DNA of 64,000 bases, from positions 640,001 through 704,000 of the forward strand of contig CBDFGR010000002.1 in NCBI GenBank assembly GCA_965247115.1, in the 5' to 3' direction. Source of the DNA: Myxococcota bacterium. GTDB taxonomy: Bacteria; Myxococcota_A; UBA9160; SZUA-336. The notes below the pieces were generated by a model. That model had not been told where the DNA came from, did not search any database, and worked only from the letters and a program-made list of their open reading frames with translations. Of this stretch, positions 1 through 9,332 are shown piece by piece (within the stretch, counting starts at the first letter, position 1; each line of letters opens with the position of its first letter). The translations under genes were made by a program, and so were the position numbers.

Positions 1-62
1 AGCGGATGCCCCTCGCCCTCTACGACGTAGTTGACCTCCAGATCCCCGATCGTCTTGAACAT
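1..62 (-). CDS. Alpha/beta hydrolase, N-terminal part only (runs off window)
   Basis: Manual translation MFKTIGDLEVNYVVEGEGHP, typical of an alpha/beta hydrolase N-terminus; GGAGGAG RBS; follows the extradiol dioxygenase. Confidence 0.65.
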   Translation of the reverse strand, partial: MFKTIGDLEVNYVVEGEGHP

Positions 63-83
63 CACTCCTCCCGACGCCGAGCT

Positions 84-1073
84 CTAGATGAGATGCGGCT
101 CCAGATCTGCGTACGTTTCATCTCGCCTGAAGTAGAACTCAACCCCGAGCCCGTCAGGATCCTCGAGGAAGATGCTGCGCTTGCTCGGCACATCGACACG
201 ACGGGTCACCTCGAGGGAAGCGCCCGAGAGCATGCCCTCCGCCGCCTCGAGGTCGGCTTCGTCTTCGATCTCGAAGGCCATGTGGACCAGTCCTGGCGGG
301 CGGTCGTGCGTCGCCCGAACGAGCGCGAGATCGTAGCCGTGTCGCGGTTGCTTGCCGCGCAGGAGAGCGACACCCGCCTCGGCGCGGGAGTGCACGACCT
401 GCAGCCCCCCGACCTCCGCGTAGAAGCGCAGGCAGTCGTCGAAGTTCGCGACGGAGAGCACGGCGTGTGTGATCCTGGACGGGTGGAAGATCGCGCCCTT
501 TGCGCGCTGGATCTCGGGGTCGACCGGGTAGAAGGACTCGGCGACCGGCGGGGAGTCGCCAGGAACCCACGGATCGGTGATGACCTCGTTCTTGAAGGCC
601 TCGAAGATCGCGCGCCAGTCCTTGACCGAGTCGGCGTAGAACTCGACCCCGTTGCCGTCCGGGTCGAACAGGTAGACGCTGCGCGAAAGCTTGTGATCCA
701 CCGTCATGCGGAAGTCCACGCTGGCCGCCCGCGCGCGCTCATACCCAACCACGAGCTCTGCCTCGTTCTCCATCTCGAAGGCCAGGTGGTTGATCCCAGG
801 CTTGCGGCCCCAGGTCTTCGGGTCGGACCGCGGCTGATCGGAGCCCAGGATCCGGTCATCCAGGATCCGTGTGTCCTGGATCTCGACCATGCCGATGTCG
901 TGGTGCGTGTTCCCGTTGCTCAGGAACCCCGCGTGGATCGCGGGCTCGCGGAACACCTCTTCGAGGCCCGCGACCTCGTTGTAGAAGGCCATCGAGCGCT
1001 CTAGCTCGCCCACATAGAGATTCGCGTGCCCGAGCCGCCGCGGCCCGAAACCGATCTGTTCGCCCATTATCAT
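84..1073 (-). CDS. Two-domain VOC protein, extradiol (catechol 2,3-type) dioxygenase-like
   Basis: LGHANL, HHDIG, INHLAF, DH..SVYLFDPDGNGVEF motifs; second VOC domain ITHAVL/VHMAF/DPDGLGVEF. Confidence 0.85.
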   Translation of the reverse strand: MIMGEQIGFGPRRLGHANLYVGELERSMAFYNEVAGLEEVFREPAIHAGFLSNGNTHHDIGMVEIQDTRILDDRILGSDQPRSDPKTWGRKPGINHLAFEMENEAELVVGYERARAASVDFRMTVDHKLSRSVYLFDPDGNGVEFYADSVKDWRAIFEAFKNEVITDPWVPGDSPPVAESFYPVDPEIQRAKGAIFHPSRITHAVLSVANFDDCLRFYAEVGGLQVVHSRAEAGVALLRGKQPRHGYDLALVRATHDRPPGLVHMAFEIEDEADLEAAEGMLSGASLEVTRRVDVPSKRSIFLEDPDGLGVEFYFRRDETYADLEPHLI

Positions 1074-1110
1074 TCCCCCTTTGTGAAACCGGGAGCTGAC
1101 AGCAAACGCA

Positions 1111-2274
1111 TCATGATGCGGCGAGCTCCTCTCCGACCGTCATCCGGATCACGTACTTGTCTAGCTCCCAGGTAGTTCTCTCAAGATACGAAAAGCGCCC
1201 CGGGGGGAGCAGTCTCGACTTCATCCCCCGGTGTGTGAGCTTCGCACCCACCATGTCCTGGTTATTGGTCACGATGAACCCCTCCTGCGCAGCGGCCAGG
1301 TGCTTGTCGAAATCGGGGATCTTCGTCGTGGACTCAGGATAGTATAGGTTCAGCGTCACGTTGGTTCGCCCCGCCCCCTCGGGATAGAAGAACAGAGCCA
1401 GGGCCCCTGTCGGCAACGGCGCCACCAGCGTGCTCGGATAGATCAGGAACATGCTGAAGCTCTGCAGCTCGAAGGGCGTGAGGCCTTCGAGCGCGGGAAA
1501 CGGAGATACAACTTCGTTGGTGCCGGTCACATAGGGAAAGGGGGCGTCTGCCTTCGTGAACGAGCAGGTCCAGCTCTGATTCGGATCCTCTTCACCGAAG
1601 GTGGCTCCGACTCGCTTCACGCTGCGCCGCATGAAGTGGATGTTGGGCACGTGGTACATGTCGATCGCCTGCTCGGCAGAGAGCTTCCAGTTGCACTGGT
1701 TCCAGAACGGCATGCCCTGGGTGGTCCGGAGCTCGCTCATCTTGTAGTTCCCGAATAGCTCGGAAAGCCGGACGAGCCTCGGTCCCAGCGGAGCCGCGTC
1801 GCGATCGAAGTTCACGAAGATGAAGCCCTCCCACACTTCCACGCGGAGCTCGGGGAGCGACCAATCGCGAACGTGGAAGTCCGCCGTGCGGTTCATCTGC
1901 CGGGCTCCGAGAAGCTCTCCCCGGAGGTTGTAGGTCCAGCCGTGAAAAGGACACTCGAGGTATTTCGTGCTGCCCGCACCTTCGACGATGCAGGCTCCCC
2001 GGTGCCGACATGTTCGGGAGAACGCGCGCAAGACCCCCTTGTCGTCGCGCAGGATCACGATCGGCTCCTCGACGATGTCAGCGCAGAAGTAGTCGCCGGG
2101 GCTCTCGACCTGATCGACGCGACCGACGCCCAGCCACTCCTTCATGAAGATCTTCTCGATCTCGAGCTCGTAGAACTCCGGCGAGGTGTAGCAGTACGGC
2201 GGGAGGGTGTGAGCCTGGTCGAGGGGTGCGAGCACCCTCCTGAGCTGCTCTCTCAGCTCGCTCCTGACCTCCAA
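1111..2274 (-). CDS. Rieske non-heme iron oxygenase alpha subunit (choline monooxygenase/CntA-like group)
   Basis: Rieske CRHRG...CPFHGW; mononuclear Fe motif NWK...DMYH...H; TTG start after AGGAGA. Confidence 0.92.
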   Translation of the reverse strand: MEVRSELREQLRRVLAPLDQAHTLPPYCYTSPEFYELEIEKIFMKEWLGVGRVDQVESPGDYFCADIVEEPIVILRDDKGVLRAFSRTCRHRGACIVEGAGSTKYLECPFHGWTYNLRGELLGARQMNRTADFHVRDWSLPELRVEVWEGFIFVNFDRDAAPLGPRLVRLSELFGNYKMSELRTTQGMPFWNQCNWKLSAEQAIDMYHVPNIHFMRRSVKRVGATFGEEDPNQSWTCSFTKADAPFPYVTGTNEVVSPFPALEGLTPFELQSFSMFLIYPSTLVAPLPTGALALFFYPEGAGRTNVTLNLYYPESTTKIPDFDKHLAAAQEGFIVTNNQDMVGAKLTHRGMKSRLLPPGRFSYLERTTWELDKYVIRMTVGEELAAS

Positions 2275-2296
2275 ATGGTCTCTCCTTTGTTGCTGG

Positions 2297-4732
2297 CTAG
2301 GGGCGCTTGGAGCTCGACCTGGAGGATCTGGGACCGTTGCCGAAGATGCTCAGGTCCTCCGAGTCGAAGCTACGGGAGACACTGATCCCGTACCTGCGAG
2401 GGGGGGCCGCGTAGACGTGGGTGTTGTTGAAGCTCGCGACGCGGAACGCGGTGTTCGCGTAGTTCCGATCCAGCAGGTTCTTGCCCCACAGCGCGATCTC
2501 GGTCTTGCCGTCAGGAAGCAGGAGCGAGATGCGGCCGTTCAGCAGTCCGTAGGCGTTCTGCTGCGCGTCCTTGCTGTTCTGCACGTCGTAGTACGTCTTT
2601 GACTGGTGGTACCAGTCGGCTCGAACAATCAGCTCGCCCATGGGGAGGCTAGCTCGGTAGTCGCCTCCCAGCCCGAAATTCAGCGCAGGTGCGTTCGCGA
2701 AATGGAGCCCGGCCCTGTCGATGGGCCCTCCGGTGTCGGGATCGACGTCGTCGAACTCGTCATAGCGAGCCCAGGTGGTCCCCACCTGCCCCTCGATGCG
2801 GAGATTCGAGGCGACCAGCGCGGTGAGCTCGAGCTCGATGCCGGAGATCGTCGCTTTACCGGCGTTCCGGACGGTCGAGACGATCCCCCGACCCTCCTCT
2901 CCTCCTCCCTCAGTTCCCTGGCCCGACTCTCCGAAAGCGATCAGCTGGATATCGTCGTACTCACCGTAGTAGAAGACTCCGTTTGCGATGACGCGGTTTT
3001 CGAACAGCTGGACCTTGACGCCGGCCTCGAAGCTGTCCAGGGTCTCGCTCTCGAAAGGGTTATCCAGCTCTTCCTGACGCAGCAGGAACCCGTTGAAGCC
3101 GCCACTGCGAAACCCGCGACTGTAGCCGGCGTAGAACATCAAATCGTCGTTGGGGCGGAAGCGGACGTTGAACCGGGGCGTCCAGCTCTGAAAGCGGTCG
3201 CTTCCCTTTCCAACGAAGACCGGATCGCCCGCGAAAATCGCGAACTCGTTGACGATGTCAATCTCCTTGTAGTCGGCTGTACGCCGGACGCCAGCGGTGA
3301 CGGAGAGGCTGTCAGTAAGGTCGTAGGTGAACTCCGCAAAGCCCGCCAAGCTCGACGCAGTTGCGGTCTCATCGACCCCGACCCGCTCGGGCCCGAAGAT
3401 GTCCGCGAAGAAGTCGGTGTCGTCGTTGAAATCGCCGACCTCGCGGAACCAGTAGAGTCCGGCCACATAGTTCAGGCGGCCGTCCGCTGCGATGCCGGTG
3501 AACTGGATCTCCTGGCTGAGCTGATCCTCTCGGTTCGACGTCAGGAGGAACTCGTTGCCGATGTTCTCGCGACTCATATCATCGTCGAAGCGGAGCTGGT
3601 ACTCCTGAGCTCGCCAGGCGGTGATGGACTTCAAGGAGAGCTCGCCAAGGAAGCCCACCTCTCCCAGGTCGTAGTCGATGATGGCCGTTGAGGACCAGGT
3701 GTCGACGTCGTTCTTGCCTGCCAGCTGCGAGTCGACATCGTGGTAGTCCGCTGCTCGGACGGCGTCACAGGACTCCTGGTATGGGATACCAAAGAGCCCG
3801 GCAAGCTCCACGACGGCGGCGCCCTGCGGGGCCGGTGGATCGATATAGAAGCACTTGGCAATGGGCGACTTCGTGCGGCTGCGTGAGTAGTCATAACTCA
3901 CGTTGATGTCGAGCCGATCGTTCGGGATGAAGCGCAGAGCGGCGCGCACGGCTCTGTTGTTCCCGGTCGCGAAGTGCGAGCCATCGAAAATGTTGTCCAG
4001 GTAACCCTCGTCGTTGCGGAGGCCCAGGTTGAGACGGAGGAAGAGCTTCTCGGCGAGCGACCCCACCCCGATCGGGACGTTGAGCATCAGCTTGCTCATG
4101 ACCTGCTCCTGGTTGCCGAGACCCGCCTCGGCGTAGGCCTCGAACTCCGGCTGGGGCTTCCTGGTGATGTAGTCGATCGCGCCGCCCACGGTGTTCCGGC
4201 CAAAGGTCACGCCCTGAGGGCCGCGGAGCGCCTCCACGCGCTCGAGATCGATCACGTCGAACAGGCCTCCCGTCATCCGTGCCAGGTACACGCCGTCGAC
4301 ATAGATACCCACCCCCTGGTCGCGGGTCGGCGTGAAGTCCTCCTGTCCAACACCGCGGATGTAGACCTTGGAGTAGGTGCTGCCCGAGACGTTCTCAAAG
4401 GTCAGGTTCGGAACGGACCGGGTCAGCTCCCGGTTCTCGAAAACGGAACGTATGCTCAGATCCTCGGCGGAGAAGGCAGAAACTGCGACTGGGACGTCCT
4501 GTAGCCTCTCCTCGCGTTTCCGCGAGGTCACGACGATCTCCTCGATGGCATCGGGGGCGTCTCGAGCCTCAGGGGACTCCGTGGCGACCGACTCCTGGGC
4601 GGCCACGGGAACCTTGCCTTCGGGCTCGTCGGCTGTAGCAGAGAGTACTGGCCCAACAAACAGGACGAGCACGACGAGTGCGAGTCCGCGAAGCCCCCAC
4701 CTTGACAGCATAATCAACATTGAGAGCAGCAT
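2297..4732 (-). CDS. TonB-dependent receptor
   Basis: IEEIVVTSRKREE TonB box/plug, YVDGVY, ERVEALRGPQG, beta-barrel C-terminus; start moved to ATG 4732 after GGAGG, followed by a signal peptide. Confidence 0.93.
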   Translation of the reverse strand: MLLSMLIMLSRWGLRGLALVVLVLFVGPVLSATADEPEGKVPVAAQESVATESPEARDAPDAIEEIVVTSRKREERLQDVPVAVSAFSAEDLSIRSVFENRELTRSVPNLTFENVSGSTYSKVYIRGVGQEDFTPTRDQGVGIYVDGVYLARMTGGLFDVIDLERVEALRGPQGVTFGRNTVGGAIDYITRKPQPEFEAYAEAGLGNQEQVMSKLMLNVPIGVGSLAEKLFLRLNLGLRNDEGYLDNIFDGSHFATGNNRAVRAALRFIPNDRLDINVSYDYSRSRTKSPIAKCFYIDPPAPQGAAVVELAGLFGIPYQESCDAVRAADYHDVDSQLAGKNDVDTWSSTAIIDYDLGEVGFLGELSLKSITAWRAQEYQLRFDDDMSRENIGNEFLLTSNREDQLSQEIQFTGIAADGRLNYVAGLYWFREVGDFNDDTDFFADIFGPERVGVDETATASSLAGFAEFTYDLTDSLSVTAGVRRTADYKEIDIVNEFAIFAGDPVFVGKGSDRFQSWTPRFNVRFRPNDDLMFYAGYSRGFRSGGFNGFLLRQEELDNPFESETLDSFEAGVKVQLFENRVIANGVFYYGEYDDIQLIAFGESGQGTEGGGEEGRGIVSTVRNAGKATISGIELELTALVASNLRIEGQVGTTWARYDEFDDVDPDTGGPIDRAGLHFANAPALNFGLGGDYRASLPMGELIVRADWYHQSKTYYDVQNSKDAQQNAYGLLNGRISLLLPDGKTEIALWGKNLLDRNYANTAFRVASFNNTHVYAAPPRRYGISVSRSFDSEDLSIFGNGPRSSRSSSKRP

Positions 4733-4935
4733 TGCGCACCTCCGGGGGCCCGCTTGCATACTCGCACCGGGCCCGAGAATAACCCTACGGCTGCGATGCT
4801 CCCACGCAGAGCGCTGCCAGTCAAACGACCAAAGCTGGCCTCCGAATACGCAACCCGCGCCCCACCACGAGGGCGCTTGGCAGTCATGCGGTGCCGTGTC
4901 ACACTCGCTGTGAATCACCGAAACCGGAGGTGGAC

Positions 4936-5388
4936 ATGGCCAGCTACAAAGTGCTCGGCACTGATCACACGGCGTACACGGTCTCGGACATGGACCGGAG
5001 CGTGAAGATGTTCTGTGAGGTGCTCGGCTTCGAGCTCCTGAGCGACGACGAGGCCGAAAGCGGTCTGGTCAAGGAGCTGACCGGCGTGGACGCCCCGCTC
5101 CGCTTCGTCTACCTGCGCGGGCCGGACGGACACCAGGTCGAGCTCGTGCAGTACCACGGACCCGCAGACCGGGGGCAGATCCACTACCGACCCTGCGACA
5201 CCGCAGCCGCTCATATGGCGATCCGCGTCGACAACGTTCCAGCCGCCGTGGAGGCGGCCAAGGGCGCCGGACTCACGCCTTACAACCAGATCGTCACGAT
5301 GGAACACGAGGACGGCGGCGTCACGCAGTCCGCGTACATGCGCGATCCGGACGGACTCACCATCGAGCTGCTGAGCCGCCCAAGCTAG
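4936..5388 (+). CDS. VOC/glyoxalase family protein (methylmalonyl-CoA epimerase-like)
   Basis: DHTAYTVSD, AHMAIRV, RDPDGLTIEL; GGAGG RBS. Confidence 0.85.
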   Translation: MASYKVLGTDHTAYTVSDMDRSVKMFCEVLGFELLSDDEAESGLVKELTGVDAPLRFVYLRGPDGHQVELVQYHGPADRGQIHYRPCDTAAAHMAIRVDNVPAAVEAAKGAGLTPYNQIVTMEHEDGGVTQSAYMRDPDGLTIELLSRPS

Positions 5389-5408
5389 ACCTGAGGCGCG
5401 ATCCGTAG

Positions 5409-5837
5409 ATGAAGATCACTCCGGTCCATCCACAGGAACCGAAGCCCGAACACAACATGCCGTTCGTCCCGGCGTTCTCGGTCGAGGGCGGGCGCACGAT
5501 CTGGTTGGCCGGCTGCGGCCCGATTCCGATCTACCACAAGCACCCGCACGATCCCATCGAAGAGGCGGCGTGGATGGAAGGCGGCTTCCGCGCGCAGTGC
5601 GACAAGACCTTCCAGAACATCCAGACCGTGCTGCAGGCTGCGGGAGGCGACCTCGCCAACATCGTGAAACTGACGATCTACCTGACCGACATCTTCCGGG
5701 ATCAGGACGTGCTCAACGAGATCACCTGGAAGCTGTTCGGCCACGAGCGCATGCCGCCTCGAACGATCGTCGAGATCGCGTCGCTTGCCCACAAGGACAT
5801 GCTGCTCGAGATCGACGCGACCGCAGTCGTCCCCTGA
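5409..5837 (+). CDS. Rid family protein with active-site Arg
   Basis: NIVKLTIYL, PPRTIVEI, LLEIDATA. Confidence 0.88.
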   Translation: MKITPVHPQEPKPEHNMPFVPAFSVEGGRTIWLAGCGPIPIYHKHPHDPIEEAAWMEGGFRAQCDKTFQNIQTVLQAAGGDLANIVKLTIYLTDIFRDQDVLNEITWKLFGHERMPPRTIVEIASLAHKDMLLEIDATAVVP

Positions 5838-5845
5838 GACGGCCC

Positions 5846-6244
5846 TCAGCCCGGAATCCCGACCACGCACTCCACCTCGATGAGCAGCTCCGGGAGCGCC
5901 AGGTTGGAGACCTCGACCAGCGTGCTCGCGGGTCGCGCGTTCCCGAAGAATGCCTCGCGGATGGGGTTGATCTTCGCGCGGTCAGCGATGTCCTTCAGGT
6001 AGATGGTGACCTTCAGGATGTCGGCTGGGCTCGCTGCCTCGGCGCTCAGCACCTTGCCGATGTTGCTGAACACCTCGCCAGCCTGAGTCAGCACGTCGCC
6101 CTCACCGATCACCTGGTGTTGCTCGTCGAGCGCCACCATCCCCGAGATGAAGAGCAGATTCCCGAACCGAACCGCGTCGGTATAGTGGCTGATGGGCGGA
6201 CTGAGACTGGCGACCCGGACTTCCGTGCGCGTTTCCTTGCTCAT
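5846..6244 (-). CDS. Rid family protein lacking the catalytic Arg
   Basis: LFISG, DILKVTIYL, RPASTLVEV, LIEVEC; start at ATG 6244. Confidence 0.88.
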   Translation of the reverse strand: MSKETRTEVRVASLSPPISHYTDAVRFGNLLFISGMVALDEQHQVIGEGDVLTQAGEVFSNIGKVLSAEAASPADILKVTIYLKDIADRAKINPIREAFFGNARPASTLVEVSNLALPELLIEVECVVGIPG

Positions 6245-6330
6245 GGACGCATGATAAGCGCCTGGCTTCCGGATTGACATTCCAAAGAGGACGTTCCAGC
6301 CTAGCTGCGAGCCACCGAAGGAGGAAAGCA

Positions 6331-6726
6331 ATGCAGAAGGAGGTCATCAACCCAGATACGCTCGCGCCTCCGGTCGGCCACTTTGACCGGGCCGTACGTA
6401 TCGACAATACCCTCTACATCTCGGGAACGTCGGCCCTGACGCACGTCACGGGGGGCCTGCGGGAGCGGAAGATTCCGCCGACGATCGAGGAGCAGACCCG
6501 GCTCACCTTTGAGAACATCCGGAGAGTGCTCGAGGCGGCGGGAGGCCAGCTCTCCGACATCTTCAAGCTCACGGTCTTCCTCGTGCGAGCGGAGGATTTC
6601 GAGGTCGTCGACCAGATCACGCGCGAGTTCTTGCCCGCGCGCGGCTTCATCAACTCCTCTTTCCAGACCGACCTACTCAACCCCGATCTGCTGATCGAGA
6701 TAGAGGCGACCGCTCAGCTCAAGTAG
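6331..6726 (+). CDS. Rid family protein lacking the catalytic Arg
   Basis: LYISGT, DIFKLTVFL, LIEIEATA; AAGGAGG RBS before ATG 6331. Confidence 0.88.
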   Translation: MQKEVINPDTLAPPVGHFDRAVRIDNTLYISGTSALTHVTGGLRERKIPPTIEEQTRLTFENIRRVLEAAGGQLSDIFKLTVFLVRAEDFEVVDQITREFLPARGFINSSFQTDLLNPDLLIEIEATAQLK

Positions 6727-6737
6727 GAGAAAGACCC

Positions 6738-7097
6738 ATGGGCAACGCGCTAGTGAATCACCGATTCCTGACGGACATCAATCCGATCACCGTGGAGTGG
6801 ATCAAGCTCACCGGAGACACGCCTCAGGACAACCCGGAGAAATCAATCGGGAGCAACCTCGTAAACGTGATCACCGGAGTTGTGCTGCCCGCGAACGCGG
6901 ACCTGGGCGGACAGCCGACCCGGATGAGCCTGGAGATCGTGCCGGGAAGCCAGGAGCTCCTACTACACGACCTGGACGACGGCCAGGAGGCCCTCGTCAT
7001 CCTGATCGGCTTCGGGCGGCGGGACTTCCGCGACGTGTTCCAGAGAGAAGAGGACACGAACCAGTCGTTCGCCGCGTCCGGAGGCGAGGAGGAGTAG
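6738..7097 (+). CDS. Hypothetical protein (119 aa)
   Basis: AGGAG RBS 11 bp after the Rid stop; coding-like composition; no family recognised. Confidence 0.7.
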   Translation: MGNALVNHRFLTDINPITVEWIKLTGDTPQDNPEKSIGSNLVNVITGVVLPANADLGGQPTRMSLEIVPGSQELLLHDLDDGQEALVILIGFGRRDFRDVFQREEDTNQSFAASGGEEE

Positions 7098-7098
7098 C

Positions 7099-8067
7099 TC
7101 AGGGACTCGCGAGGACGACGGGATTCGAGAGTACGCCGATTCCCTCGATCTCGCAGCTCACGACGTCACCCGGCTGGAGATAGCCGGGAGCCAGCACAAC
7201 ATCCTCGCGCTGCCGGGGTCGTCCCCCGAGCTCGGGGTCGGAGCCCCAGGCCGTGCCTCCCGGCGTACCCGTCGAGATTACGAAGCCGGGCTGCAGCGTC
7301 AGGTACGTCGAGAAGAAGACCACCAGCTCGGCTACGCCCCAGATCATGTGCGCGGTGGTGTTGTTCTGGCGGAGTTCGCCGTTGACCGTAGTGCGCAGCG
7401 CCAGAGTCTGGGGGTCGGGAATCTCGTCGCTGGTGACGATGACGGGACCCATCGGGGCGCAGGTGTCGAAGTTCTTGCTCCCGCCGATAGCGTAGGCCGC
7501 GGTACCGTCGGGGCGCAGCTTCACCTGACGGTCGCGCGCGGTGCAGTCGTGCATGATCGTGTAGCCGAACACGTGCTCCAGCGCCCTCTCCACCGGGATG
7601 TGGCGGCCTGCCTTGCCGATCACGATGGCAAGCTCGGTCTCGTAGTCGAGCTTCTTTGTGACCTTCGGATCCAGGATGATGTCGACTCCGGGACCGACGA
7701 CGCACTGGGGGAGCTTGATGAAGAACTCGGGCTCCTTTCCTTCGACGGGGGGCTTCTCCTCTCGGTGGTCGTAGTAATTCTCCCCGCTGCACAGGATCGC
7801 CTCCGGTCTCAGTGGCGCCGCGAGGCGGAGCTCGGCGAGCTTGCGCCGCCCGCTGCCCAACTCTCGACTCGTCCCGAGCGCCCGTTGCGCGAGAGCCCGA
7901 CCGGCTGGGCCGGCGGCGATGAAGGGGATGGAGTCGACTACGCTCGCGCGTTCCGAATGCGAGAGGCTTCCGTCGGCCTCGAGCGCCTCGACCAGGTCGA
8001 CCACCTCGTCGCCGTCGAGCACGCCCAACCGGATCCCCTCCGGCGTTCCATAGCGGAGCAATTTCAC
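7099..8067 (-). CDS. Fumarylacetoacetate hydrolase family protein
   Basis: NYYDH, LDYETELAIVIGK, KNFDT, STGTPGG. Confidence 0.93.
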   Translation of the reverse strand: MKLLRYGTPEGIRLGVLDGDEVVDLVEALEADGSLSHSERASVVDSIPFIAAGPAGRALAQRALGTSRELGSGRRKLAELRLAAPLRPEAILCSGENYYDHREEKPPVEGKEPEFFIKLPQCVVGPGVDIILDPKVTKKLDYETELAIVIGKAGRHIPVERALEHVFGYTIMHDCTARDRQVKLRPDGTAAYAIGGSKNFDTCAPMGPVIVTSDEIPDPQTLALRTTVNGELRQNNTTAHMIWGVAELVVFFSTYLTLQPGFVISTGTPGGTAWGSDPELGGRPRQREDVVLAPGYLQPGDVVSCEIEGIGVLSNPVVLASP

Positions 8068-8088
8068 CAGAGGGTCCCTCCTCGACTG

Positions 8089-8871
8089 TCAGTCATCGCC
8101 CGGGACGGAGTATGCCGCGTCGGTCTCCAGGCTGTCGCTGACCGAAGCCCCCTCCATCTCCACGGTCTTGGGCTCGGTCCGGAACCGCACGCTCCACTTG
8201 AGTGGGTCGCCCACCTCGGGGCCGAAGAGATCCTCCTTCCCCTCCTCGACCGCAGCGAGGGAGGCCTCGACAACGGACTCGGGCGAAACCTTCGGGCAGT
8301 CGAGCTCCCCGACCATTTCCGTATCGACCGCATCCGGCAGGACCGCCACAACCAGGGTCCCCTGTCCCGCGAGCTGCGCCCGTACGCCGTGTGTCATGGA
8401 CCAGGCGGCCGCCTTGGACGCGCAGTAGAAGCCCTGGTAGGGAATGTGCACCAGCGCCAGATTCGACAGGATGTTCACGATGGCACCGCCGCCGTTCGCC
8501 TTCAGGACCGGAGCGAAGGCCCGGCACATGCGGAGCGTTCCCCAGAAGTTGACCTCCATCTGAAAGCGGCCTTCCTCGAGATCCGGGGCGCTGACCACCC
8601 CCACGTCGCGCAGCACGCCCCCGTTGTTGATCAGGAGATCCACTTCGCCGCAGCGGTCTGCGACCGCCTGCACCTGGTTCGGGTTCGTGATGTCGAGCTC
8701 AACGGGCACGATCCGCTCGGGGTCTTGTTCGACGACGCTCCCGACCTTTTCGAGATCCCGAGAGCCTGCGTAGATTCGACCCGCCCCCGCCGCGCACAGT
8801 CCCGCAATGAACGCCCGCCCGATGCCGCGATTCGATCCCGTAACCAGCGCGGTGCTTCCTCGGATCTTCAT
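8089..8871 (-). CDS. Short-chain dehydrogenase/reductase
   Basis: TGSNRGIG, NNGG, YCASK; start at ATG 8871. Confidence 0.92.
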   Translation of the reverse strand: MKIRGSTALVTGSNRGIGRAFIAGLCAAGAGRIYAGSRDLEKVGSVVEQDPERIVPVELDITNPNQVQAVADRCGEVDLLINNGGVLRDVGVVSAPDLEEGRFQMEVNFWGTLRMCRAFAPVLKANGGGAIVNILSNLALVHIPYQGFYCASKAAAWSMTHGVRAQLAGQGTLVVAVLPDAVDTEMVGELDCPKVSPESVVEASLAAVEEGKEDLFGPEVGDPLKWSVRFRTEPKTVEMEGASVSDSLETDAAYSVPGDD

Positions 8872-9299
8872 CTCGCATGCCTCCACGGGAGACCCCTTCG
8901 GATCCGGGGCCACTCGGCGATCGCGACGAGTAGTGGCGCACCGTACACCACGAGCAGGAAAACGACGAGGTCTGTTGCGTCCGGACTCGTGGTGCCGGCG
9001 AGGATTCCGGTGAGAATCGGCACCACAGTAACGGCGAAAAGCCCAGCGACCGTGAAGAGGCCGCTCAACGCCCCGATGGCAACAAGGCGAGCTCCCCGCT
9101 TGCTCAGCTCCGCTCTACGCAGAACTGTGTATCAACCAGCGACGAGCCCGATGCTCCCGGTCAACAGTAGCGCCCAGTGGATAGGAGGCAGCGAGCCTCT
9201 CGCGACTGCTGCGCCGCCGTAGGCCGCGCCAGCGCTCACTGGTAGCAGTGCAGCCCCCTCGAGGACCGAGATGAGAATGCGCCGAAAGTTCCACGTCAT
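8868..9299 (-). pseudogene. Membrane protein (about 143 aa, about 4 TM) interrupted by in-frame TGA at 9132-9134
   Basis: Manual translation MTWNFRRILISVLEGAALL...GSIGLVAG*YTVLRRAELSKRGARLVAIGALSGLFTV... continues in frame into ORF 8868-9068; stop overlaps the SDR start. Confidence 0.55.
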
Positions 9300-9332
9300 C
9301 TTTTCTAGCGGACGGTGTTCGCCGCCCGACCC

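Noticed and set aside
4803..4820. Sigma54 promoter for the TonB receptor
   Set aside because: GG-GC spacing is N9 rather than the required N10
9132..9134. TGA as a second selenocysteine codon
   Set aside because: Lies at a TM helix end with no redox motif and no convincing SECIS; Trp is more plausible
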